A stretch of 24,000 bases of DNA from Candidatus Electrothrix aarhusensis. GTDB lineage: Bacteria > Desulfobacterota > Desulfobulbia > Desulfobulbales > Desulfobulbaceae. The notes under the pieces were generated by a model. That model did no database searches and was not told the DNA's origin. It worked only from the letters and a program-made list of their open reading frames with translations. Below are positions 15,850 to 23,484 of the stretch, in pieces; position 1 is the stretch's first letter, and each line of letters opens with the position of its first letter. The position numbers and the translations under genes were made by a program. Location of the stretch: assembly GCA_004028505.1 (NCBI GenBank), contig MTKO01000129.1, positions 30,559-54,558 on the forward strand. Reading direction: 5' to 3'.

Positions 15850-15869
15850 GGAGATTCACCTTGTATTTT

Positions 15870-16433
15870 TTAATCCCAATCAAATAAGTATGCATAATCT
15901 AGCATTTTTTTCTCACCGTTATCGCAGGTTCCAGTTAGTACAAACAAGATTTTTTGATTTTCTTCATCTAATTTTAGGTCTGGGTCAATACCAAGATAAT
16001 TGTGTTCAAGATTGACATCATTAAGGATTGATTGTCCTGGCAAAGGGTCAAACCTACTGAACTGTACAGCGTGACCAATAATTTTCCCACCCGAATAAGA
16101 CTGTTGATTGGTTAAATAAACGATTAGAGCAAATTCACCAGATGATGTAATAGACTTGTTTTCAACAACCGCTCCTGGTATTCTCATGCTAGAACTTGCA
16201 TAATCAATATGTGGTATATTCAAGGGTTTAACCAGTGATAATGCGCAGCTACTTTGTATGTATTTTTTGTTTCTTGCTGCGGCTATAATAGCTTGAGTAA
16301 CTACTCGACCCAACTCTTCACCTACACCTTTTTTAAAACCATCAGAAAATGCATTATCTTCACAAAAGCCGCTTAATGAAAACAAGCCAATTGTCGCCGC
16401 TATACACAATAGGCAAAAAAAATGTTTTATCAT
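15870..16433 (-). CDS. Hypothetical secreted protein
   Basis: 187 aa with N-terminal signal sequence MIKHFFCLLCIAATIGLFSLSGF. It is AT-rich and no family was recognised. It lies 20 nt upstream of the Rpn-like gene. Confidence 0.55.
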   Translation of the reverse strand: MIKHFFCLLCIAATIGLFSLSGFCEDNAFSDGFKKGVGEELGRVVTQAIIAAARNKKYIQSSCALSLVKPLNIPHIDYASSSMRIPGAVVENKSITSSGEFALIVYLTNQQSYSGGKIIGHAVQFSRFDPLPGQSILNDVNLEHNYLGIDPDLKLDEENQKILFVLTGTCDNGEKKMLDYAYLFDWD

Positions 16434-16435
16434 TA

Positions 16436-16567
16436 TTATTCTATAGTTGATGGTTTTGTATTATGTATGCTGCTCAAAGCATGTTCCTGCTTCAACCCCT
16501 GAAGCTCTTCAATCGACAACCCTGTATTTTCCGCAATTGCCCCTATATCTTTTGAAAACGACTTCAT
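16436..16567 (-). CDS. Possible small ORF (43 aa), MKSFSKDIGAIAENTGLSIEELQGLKQEHALSSIHNTKPSTIE
   Basis: An AGGAG lies 9 nt upstream of the ATG. The stop codon lies 2 nt before the ATG of the next gene. It is too short for the ORF track and is unverified. Confidence 0.25.
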   Translation of the reverse strand: MKSFSKDIGAIAENTGLSIEELQGLKQEHALSSIHNTKPSTIE

Positions 16568-16627
16568 GGGATATTTCTCCTGCAACCGCTGCAAAAAGCG
16601 CGTCCTGCCCGGCTTGCAAACCGAAGA

Positions 16628-16927
16628 TTAATGAGCATTACCGGCTGCTGCCAGCTCCTCTCTGATAATTTTTCGCAGAATTTCTTCAAAACCATTCTGC
16701 TCGGCAATATCCAGTCTGACGATTCTTTTTAAAGTCTCGTTGATAAGATTATGATAGCCCTGCTTTCCGCCCTTTGTTTCAAAATATCGGACAACTTCGA
16801 CATCAAGCGCAAGAGTAATGCGCTGTTTTTCTTCATCAGGTTTGAGGTTCCGGCGTAAAACAGCCCGGTCGAAATCTGCTTGCGTCACTTGAGGGTATTC
16901 ATCTGTAGAGGTTTTTAAAAGCTGCAT
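16628..16927 (-). CDS. BrnA/DUF4415-like antitoxin-family protein (orphan)
   Basis: 99 aa. The core ITLALDVEVVRYFETKGGKQGYHNLINETLKRIV matches the remembered BrnA/DUF4415 pattern (ISIRLD.DVL.WFK..G.GYQT.IN..LR). The ATG lies 2 nt after the livM stop codon. No DUF497/BrnT-like ORF is adjacent. Confidence 0.55.
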   Translation of the reverse strand: MQLLKTSTDEYPQVTQADFDRAVLRRNLKPDEEKQRITLALDVEVVRYFETKGGKQGYHNLINETLKRIVRLDIAEQNGFEEILRKIIREELAAAGNAH

Positions 16928-16929
16928 TG

Positions 16930-18162
16930 TTATGATTTGATGTTGTACGTCCGTCGCACCGTGGAAATCAGCCCCTTGGGCCGGAAGATCATCATGATAA
17001 CCAAGGTCGCTCCAAAGACCAGCATACGGTAATCGGCAAAGGCCCGCAGGTATTCGGGCAGCAGCATCAGAACCAGTGCTGCAATGATTACTCCGATAAT
17101 AGAGCCCATCCCGCCCAGCACCACAATGCAGAGGATAATAGCGGATTCGAGAAAGGTAAAGGAAGAAGGATTAACAAAGGTGGTTTTGGCGGCAAAGATC
17201 ACCCCGACCATGCCTGCCCAGAAGGCCCCCAGGGAAAAAGCAGTTAACTTGGTTTTTGTTTTATCGATCCCCATGGACTGACAGGCGATATCATCTTCCC
17301 GCAGGGCAAACCAGGCCCGACCGATCCGGGAATTTTGCAGCCGGTTCACCATGAACACCGTGAAAATCACGAGAGCGATCATTAGATAATAGAGATAGCT
17401 AATAGACTGATCAAGCGTCATTTCTATGCCGAACAAGCCGGGTCTGGGGATATTGGATATTCCGCTAGGACCTTGGGAAAACTCGGACCAGTTTTCCAGC
17501 ACCAAGCGAATAATTTCCCCGAAACCCAAGGTGACAATAGCCAGATAGTCGCCTCGCAAACGCAGCACCGGAAAGCCGAGCAAAATGCCGAAACAGGCAG
17601 CCAGCAACCCGCCGATGGGCAGGGCTGTCCAGAAGCCGATTCCGAAATGGAGGTTGAGCAGGGCATAGGTATAGGCTCCGACCGCATAAAAGGCCACATA
17701 GCCCAGATCAAGCAGACCTGCCACTCCGACAACGATATTGAGGCCCAGCCCTAAGACCACATACATAAGGGCTGTGATCATGATATTGATCTGATAGGTG
17801 GAAAGGTACAGCGGAAAAGTAGAAAGAATCAGCAAAAGCACTCCAAGAACCGGTAAAAATACTTTTGGCTCATTGAGCAGAATGTGTTGCCAATCCTTTT
17901 TCTCTTTTTCCGGGACAATTTCCAGAGCAACGCGCAATTTTTTCTTTTCTTCCTGGACGGTTTTCCAGCCCAGAAAGGCTCGGCTCAACAGGTACAGAAA
18001 AAAACTGGTCAGCCCCACATAGAGCATATTCTGCCAACGCCAGACAACGGTTTCTTCGTAGGGATTCACCTTGACAACCATGATGGGAAAGGTGAGAAAA
18101 CAGAACCAGAGAGCAATCAGAAATGCTTTTTTGAGATGTTGCAATGCGAGTATGTTGTTCAT
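16930..18162 (-). CDS. livM: Branched-chain amino acid ABC transporter permease LivM
   Basis: Core sequence MYVVLGLGLNIVVGVAGLLDLGYVAFYAVGAYTYALL, with the long LivM-type N-terminal extension. The ATG at 18162 (MNNILALQHLKKAF...) is preferred. The track's TTG start at 18285 adds 41 hydrophilic residues. Confidence 0.88.
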   Translation of the reverse strand: MNNILALQHLKKAFLIALWFCFLTFPIMVVKVNPYEETVVWRWQNMLYVGLTSFFLYLLSRAFLGWKTVQEEKKKLRVALEIVPEKEKKDWQHILLNEPKVFLPVLGVLLLILSTFPLYLSTYQINIMITALMYVVLGLGLNIVVGVAGLLDLGYVAFYAVGAYTYALLNLHFGIGFWTALPIGGLLAACFGILLGFPVLRLRGDYLAIVTLGFGEIIRLVLENWSEFSQGPSGISNIPRPGLFGIEMTLDQSISYLYYLMIALVIFTVFMVNRLQNSRIGRAWFALREDDIACQSMGIDKTKTKLTAFSLGAFWAGMVGVIFAAKTTFVNPSSFTFLESAIILCIVVLGGMGSIIGVIIAALVLMLLPEYLRAFADYRMLVFGATLVIMMIFRPKGLISTVRRTYNIKS

Positions 18163-18555
18163 ATTCAGAGTAATCTTGAGAACTCTTGCAGGATGTGTTG
18201 CGGTCCCGTATAGATCTTGTTGGAGATTTTTGGATTCCTGCTTGGATTCCTGATTCAGCACATCATAGCTGAATAGCTCTGTCAACGCAATCTATCAGTC
18301 GTTTTTCTCCTTTGGGAAAGATCGAATTTGCGCAAAGGTTCTTATTGGTTATCTTGCTAATTTTCTATCTATTGTTTTGATTATAATAAGGTTCTCGGCA
18401 AGACGGTTTTTCGGGTTATATACGATTGATCCGAAAAATTTTGTATTTTATGGAAGGGTGATATATAAACGCGGATAGATGCTGTCGTGCTATTGACGGG
18501 GGCGGGTATCACCTCTGACCGAATGAACATAACCAAGCCTTCTCTGAGCTGATCA

Positions 18556-19464
18556 ATGAAAAAGTATCTCTTCAATATTCTTATTATCTTCTTCGCTGTC
18601 ACGGAGGCTTTAACCTCTCCGGCATTCAGTGGAAATTTACAAAATACTCCACAGAATGCTCCACAGGATATTACTCATCCTGACCAAGCAGGCAAGGGAA
18701 CGCATGACGACCGGGAGGGCGGCTGGTGGGATGAGCTTCCCAAAGAAAAAAAGGCCTTGTACACCAATATTTCCGCAGCCGCCTTTATAACACTGTATGG
18801 GTTCGCTGATTGGGATTATGGCTCAGGAGGTTTTCATTTTGCTGATGAAGGCTGGTTTGAAAAGGACTCGAAATATGGCGGTGCGGATAAAGCCGGTCAT
18901 TTTTGGTCGACGTATGCGGTTGCCGATGCCTTTACCGGTCTGTATAAGCATTGGGGGTACGATAGGAAAACAGCTGGCCGCTACGGCGTGTTTTCGTCCT
19001 GGGCCGTGCAGACAATTATGGAGCTTGATGATGGAACCAGTGAAACCCAGGGATTTGACTGGGGCGATATGACTATGAATACGCTCGGGGCATTAACCAG
19101 CATGTTCATGGAGCAGTACCCTGAACTGGATCGCAAGATAGATTTTCGTGTTGAATATGCCTTAAATGTCCCTGTACAAGGAATTTTTGATGATTACTCC
19201 AATATGTACTATGCCGTAGTTGTCAAACTTGATGGCTTTGACCACCTGCAACATTCCTGGCTGCAATGGGCAGAACTGCATGCAGGATACTGTACCCAGG
19301 GATATGACACCGCCGAACCGGAGAAAGAACGCCACGTTTATTTTGGGATATCCTTTAATTTCTCTCGGTTCCTCTATCAGCATAATTACCATAAGACAGG
19401 AAAAATGCTGGAGTATCTTCAGGTTCCGTATACGGTGCCGAAAATTTTTGGGAAGTCGGGGTGA
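18556..19464 (+). CDS. DUF2279-like periplasmic/outer-membrane protein
   Basis: 302 aa with signal peptide MKKYLFNILIIFFAVTEALTSPAFS. The motif block FADEGWFEKDSKYGGADKAGHFWSTY...ELDDGTSETQGFDWGDMTMNTLGA resembles the DK.GH / DG.s...GFS..D signature remembered for DUF2279. Confidence 0.55.
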   Translation: MKKYLFNILIIFFAVTEALTSPAFSGNLQNTPQNAPQDITHPDQAGKGTHDDREGGWWDELPKEKKALYTNISAAAFITLYGFADWDYGSGGFHFADEGWFEKDSKYGGADKAGHFWSTYAVADAFTGLYKHWGYDRKTAGRYGVFSSWAVQTIMELDDGTSETQGFDWGDMTMNTLGALTSMFMEQYPELDRKIDFRVEYALNVPVQGIFDDYSNMYYAVVVKLDGFDHLQHSWLQWAELHAGYCTQGYDTAEPEKERHVYFGISFNFSRFLYQHNYHKTGKMLEYLQVPYTVPKIFGKSG

Positions 19465-19710
19465 AGAGTTCTCCCAGCGGCCCCTGCAATAGGGCAGGCG
19501 TTGCCACTGGTACGGATCAAAGTGCTGCTTCCTCTGAATACAAGGAAGTCGATAAGGAAAAAAACTTGCTGTTGCAGTCGTGTCCCCCCTCCTTTTTTTG
19601 TCTTTTGCGAAGAGCTACTGACTTCAGCTTGACAGGCTGATACGGTCTTTGGTATGTAAAAAGATTCATAAATTCGCTGCATAAAATCACCGACCTTTTA
19701 AGGATACCCC

Positions 19711-20766
19711 ATGAAAAAAAAGAACATGCCTCTCTGCGATTATCTCTACGTGGACACCAAGAAAATTCTTTCCGTGTACAATCAACTGACCGGAGCTGTT
19801 GTCTCTGCCGGGGAGTCCACGTACGCAACCGTCAATCCAGCGGAGAATAAGAAAAAATACGATTTCAAGATTTTTAAAAGCGATGTTGGCAACACAGCCC
19901 AGGAAGGGCAGGGGGCGCAGGAGCAGATCAAACCCCACCATACTCTGTTTCAGGAGCTGGAAGAAGAACTGACCAATCAGGGGCATCTGGTTGATTTGTC
20001 TGGCAAGGGGATGGCGGAAAAGATTCAGGACAAAGACTTTAGAAAGACCTTGAAAAATACCTTCTGTGTTAAGGTAACAGGGCGATGCGTTATTGAGCAT
20101 TACGAGCGAATGAAAAAAATCTCTGACTCGTTTCCGGATATTGCCGCGTTGATTAATCAGAGCAATAAGGCGGCAGTAAAAAGTACGGACGCCTATAAAG
20201 AGCTTGTAGAGCAGATTAAGACCAGAGAAGCAGATATAGCAAAGATAAGGGACAGGAATGCACGTAATATTCAGCAGGCTCCTTTGAAAGAGCAGAAGAA
20301 AAAGCTGGAAGATCTGCTCGAAAATCACACCAAGGCAGGAGTGGTTGAACAGTGGATTTTGGACGGGCTCAAGACCTGGATTGATACCTTCATTCCTGGC
20401 ATTATCAATTTGCGAGTCTATCCGGACCAAGAGCATACGGCTGTGCAGGTTTTCGGGCATTTGAAGCAGGAGAATTTCTTTGATATGGATGTCAGCGCCT
20501 TTCACTTTACTTACGGTTCCGTCCCGACCGAAGAGCTGACCATGCTCGGTATTGTCAGTTCGGTTCCAAATCCAGAAGATGCACTGTTTAATCCGCATCA
20601 GGAGTTTTTGGGCGGCGATTTATCGAGCAAGGAAGCAGTGGAACGCGGGTTTCGTAGTGTCTTTCGTGGGTTTGAAGGGTTTGAGCAGATGGTGCGGACA
20701 TGCCGGTATCCGAGGGTGTTGGTTTATCCGATGTTGGTTTATCGGGAGATGGGGGGGAAGAGATAG
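19711..20766 (+). CDS. Uncharacterised 351-aa protein with a central coiled coil
   Basis: The ORF has RBS AAGGA upstream. Its composition is protein-like and K/E-rich. The equally long antisense ORF (19687..20598) is L/F-rich shadow sequence. The N-terminus reads DYLYVDTKKILSVYNQLTG and the C-terminus reads RYPRVLVYPMLVYREM. A candidate promoter TTGACA-N18-TATGTA lies at 19629-19658. Confidence 0.7.
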   Translation: MKKKNMPLCDYLYVDTKKILSVYNQLTGAVVSAGESTYATVNPAENKKKYDFKIFKSDVGNTAQEGQGAQEQIKPHHTLFQELEEELTNQGHLVDLSGKGMAEKIQDKDFRKTLKNTFCVKVTGRCVIEHYERMKKISDSFPDIAALINQSNKAAVKSTDAYKELVEQIKTREADIAKIRDRNARNIQQAPLKEQKKKLEDLLENHTKAGVVEQWILDGLKTWIDTFIPGIINLRVYPDQEHTAVQVFGHLKQENFFDMDVSAFHFTYGSVPTEELTMLGIVSSVPNPEDALFNPHQEFLGGDLSSKEAVERGFRSVFRGFEGFEQMVRTCRYPRVLVYPMLVYREMGGKR

Positions 20767-20895
20767 TTTTTCCAGCGGGGCAGGTGCTGTCTCTTGTCTT
20801 GTACGGCGTGTCGGTGTCAGCAACGATCTTGTGGAATCTCACCTTTTTTTTGTACACTCTAGACTGAGTACCCGCCGTAAAAAAGCGTTTCTGTC

Positions 20896-20926
20896 GTCCC
20901 GACAGGGACTCTTGTCCCGGAGGGAC
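20896..20926. repeat. Two adjacent copies of a small palindrome: GTCCC-GACA-GGGAC and GTCCC-GGA-GGGAC
   Basis: Read directly from 20896-20909 and 20914-20926. The inner arms (GGGAC at 20905-09 with GTCCC at 20914-18) can also pair with each other. Confidence 0.6.
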
Positions 20927-21026
20927 ACTCGATCATACCCCAGTGATTTATCGCTGGGCAGAAAAGCCCCGGCGGGGATCTATCTCACCAACCCAGGATA
21001 ACATTTCGGGCTAACACATTTTCACC

Positions 21027-22391
21027 ATGCATATCCACACCAGCCAACAAAAAATCTTCAGCGTTTCAGAACTTACCCGCTCCATCAAATCCATGCTGGA
21101 GGGCCGTTTTGCCTTTATCAGCGTTGCCGGCGAGATCTCTGGCCTCCGGCGACCGGGCTCCGGTCATATGTATTTCACCCTCAAAGACGATCAGGCCCAG
21201 ATCAAGGCTGTGCTTTTTAAGATGCAGCAGCGGTATTTGCAACAGCTGCCCAAAGACGGCGACATGGTGATTTGCTTGGGCAGGGTTTCCGTGTACGAGC
21301 CCAGAGGTGACTACCAGCTCATCATCGACAGCTGGATTATCACGGAGAAGGGGCTTTTGCAGCTCGCCTTTGAGCAGCTGAAAAAACAGCTGGATGCTGA
21401 AGGACTCTTTGATCAGGAGCTGAAAAAGCCGATTCCACCTTTGCCTGAGCACCTGATCCTCGTGACCTCACCCTCGGGTGCTGCGGTCCATGACTTCATC
21501 CGCATTGCCCAGAAAAGATACCCGCAGGTACGGATTTCGGTTTATCCGGCAGCAGTACAGGGAGAGCATGCGGCAAAAGAGTTGTGTCAGGCTGTGTCGG
21601 AGATTAATCTTCAGCAGGCCGCAGGTCGGCTGGCAGCAGACGCGATTATTCTCTGCCGGGGCGGCGGTTCTGTTGAGGATCTTCAGGCCTTTAATAATGA
21701 AGAACTGGCTTGGGAGATTCACAGATCAGCCATCCCGGTGGTCAGTGCGGTGGGCCATGAGATCGACTTTACCATTGCCGATCTGGTGGCCGACCTCCGT
21801 GCGCCCACCCCCAGCGGGGCCGCTGAAATGTTGCTGCCGGACAGCCAGGCCCTGCGCGAACATCTTGCTGATCAGCTCGTCGACTGCGCCGGACCATGCA
21901 GGATAAAACTGGATCGCCATCAGGAGCGGATAGCCCTATACCGGCAAAAGCTGACCGGTGCGGCCCAACCCGTTGACACCCTGCTGCTCCGCCTGGACCA
22001 TATGGGTGAAAATATGGAGCATGCCATGCAAGCGAACCTGACTGCTCTTCAGGCCCGCCTGGATCGGGTGGAAAATCGCCTCAAACGGAACAATCCCTTA
22101 CTGGTGCTCAATCTCTATCATCAGCGGATTGAGGAGATGCAACGACGGCTTCGCCAAATCGGCAGCAGGCTTATCAGTGATAAGGAACAGGATCTTGCCC
22201 GAGCCGCAGGGGTGCTGGAGGCGGTGAGCCCTCTGTCCACCTTGGCACGCGGTTACTCTGTGGCTCGGAAAGTCTCGGGCCGCCGAGCGTTGATCTCGGC
22301 AGCGGATCAGGTTCAGGCTGGAGAATCCATTGAGGTGCTGCTTCATCAGGGGCGGTTGGAGTGTGAGGTGACTCGGATTGAACGGCAGTAG
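21027..22391 (+). CDS. xseA: Exodeoxyribonuclease VII large subunit XseA
   Basis: 454 aa with the N-terminal OB-fold sequence VAGEISGLRRPGSGHMYFTLKD, plus VTSPSGAAVHDF, CRGGGSVEDLQAFNNE, VGHEIDFTIADLVADLRAPTPSGAAE and a long helical C-terminus. Confidence 0.93.
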   Translation: MHIHTSQQKIFSVSELTRSIKSMLEGRFAFISVAGEISGLRRPGSGHMYFTLKDDQAQIKAVLFKMQQRYLQQLPKDGDMVICLGRVSVYEPRGDYQLIIDSWIITEKGLLQLAFEQLKKQLDAEGLFDQELKKPIPPLPEHLILVTSPSGAAVHDFIRIAQKRYPQVRISVYPAAVQGEHAAKELCQAVSEINLQQAAGRLAADAIILCRGGGSVEDLQAFNNEELAWEIHRSAIPVVSAVGHEIDFTIADLVADLRAPTPSGAAEMLLPDSQALREHLADQLVDCAGPCRIKLDRHQERIALYRQKLTGAAQPVDTLLLRLDHMGENMEHAMQANLTALQARLDRVENRLKRNNPLLVLNLYHQRIEEMQRRLRQIGSRLISDKEQDLARAAGVLEAVSPLSTLARGYSVARKVSGRRALISAADQVQAGESIEVLLHQGRLECEVTRIERQ

Positions 22392-22404
22392 TCTTTCTCC
22401 CGCT

Positions 22405-22485
22405 GACCAGTGTCAGGTGTTGATCCCGACGAGTGTCAGGTGTTGATCCTGACGAGTGTCAGGTGCCGATCCTGACCAGTGTCAG
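22405..22485. repeat. Tandem array of 3.5 copies of a 23-bp unit, GAC(C/G)AGTGTCAGGTG(TT/CC)GATCC(C/T)
   Basis: Units occupy 22405-22427, 22428-22450 and 22451-22473, with a partial unit at 22474-22485. Each unit junction forms the palindrome CTGAC-NAGT-GTCAG. The array starts 14 nt after the xseA stop codon. Confidence 0.9.
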
Positions 22486-22697
22486 ATATGTTACGAATTC
22501 GAGGTTTCGTGTGCGGGGAAACCGACAGGCCGGAGGATGCTCCGCTCTCCCTGATCCGCCTGCCTTGCTTTTCGTGTTTTCAATGTTAACCTATTACAGT
22601 ATGGTACGAGGAAAAGAGCAGGCGAAAAACGATAGGTAAGCATGGATGTTTTCGCTTATTGACAATGTTAGTGACAGAAAAAGAAGGAGGCATGAAC

Positions 22698-23225
22698 ATG
22701 AAAACTTGGTGGAGTGCAATAGACGTAGCAAATTCATCTTATGAAGAGATAAAACAGAGAAAAGTTATCAGCCAAGGTTGGCATGATCTTGGACCACTAA
22801 ACTCACTATTCCCCTTGATAAATCAAGACTGGAAAGGCTTTGTGACGACAATCCAAATAATCGGTGATACCACATATAAAGGAGAAAGCTGGTGGAATAA
22901 TGATAGAAATGGAAATAGAACACCTAAAGTTATGTGGAATTTATTAAACATCAGAAGTGAAGATTTAATAGTAGCTATTGAAGGGACAAAAGTTAAAGGC
23001 ATATGCGAGATAGAGCAAGATGCTATAGAAACGTATATATATCAGCCTAAATATGAGTATGCTCAAACAGTTGGCTTTCCTGTAGAGTGGATTGATTGGA
23101 GTGAGGATAAATTTAGTTTTATTCCCACTGCGCCAGCTCAAAGTGTATTGGGAATTGCCGGGTTAATAGGAGAACATAATGAGGTGGTAACGGCTTGGCA
23201 GCAGTATAAATCTAAAGCTCTGTAG
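22698..23225 (+). CDS. Hypothetical 175-aa protein, AT-rich, possibly a PUA/EVE-like fold
   Basis: A strong RBS GAAGGAGG lies 7 nt upstream of the ATG at 22698 (MKTWWSAID...). GC content is markedly lower than in xseA. The motifs KVISQGWHDLGPL and DLIVAIEGTKVKGICEI...YEYAQTVGFPVEWIDW resemble the N-terminal modules of McrB-like restriction proteins. This is from memory and is unverified. Confidence 0.6.
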   Translation: MKTWWSAIDVANSSYEEIKQRKVISQGWHDLGPLNSLFPLINQDWKGFVTTIQIIGDTTYKGESWWNNDRNGNRTPKVMWNLLNIRSEDLIVAIEGTKVKGICEIEQDAIETYIYQPKYEYAQTVGFPVEWIDWSEDKFSFIPTAPAQSVLGIAGLIGEHNEVVTAWQQYKSKAL

Positions 23226-23484
23226 GGTGCCGCCCCTACCATGCAACATTTCAACCTTGCAGACATGTCCTGCCTGTTGATGACTCATGTGTGATCATAA
23301 ACAATTTCTCAGCGGCCTGGATATACTCGGCCCGGCTCCTGCATTCATGCCCCGCGATACATCACGGGACTGTTATCGGCTGTCCCTCCGAGACAAGGAA
23401 GGAAGATCATCCCTCGGGTAATCAGTACATCTGTTCCGTGGAAGATATATCCGGTACAGGATATCTGAGGGGATAAGAGTTTAT

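Noticed and set aside
19687-20598. 303-aa minus-strand ORF almost fully overlapping the 351-aa + strand ORF
   Set aside because: Its translation is L/F/I-rich with no RBS, the expected antisense shadow of a K/E-rich coiled-coil gene. The + strand ORF has an RBS, a candidate promoter and protein-like composition.
20552-21001. 149-aa + strand ORF spanning the gap before xseA, plus small minus ORFs at 20588..20857
   Set aside because: It overlaps the 3' end of the 351-aa gene in another frame. It is R/G/S/W-rich with no RBS. The region is better explained as intergenic with palindromes and a T8 tract.
22405-22485. Possible CRISPR array
   Set aside because: The 23-bp units are contiguous with no spacers, there are only 3.5 copies, and no cas genes are present in the window.
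22392-22697. Expected xseB small subunit, or the 68-aa track ORF 22433..22639
   Set aside because: No frame gives an XseB-like helical sequence. The 68-aa ORF starts inside the tandem repeats and has an implausible composition.
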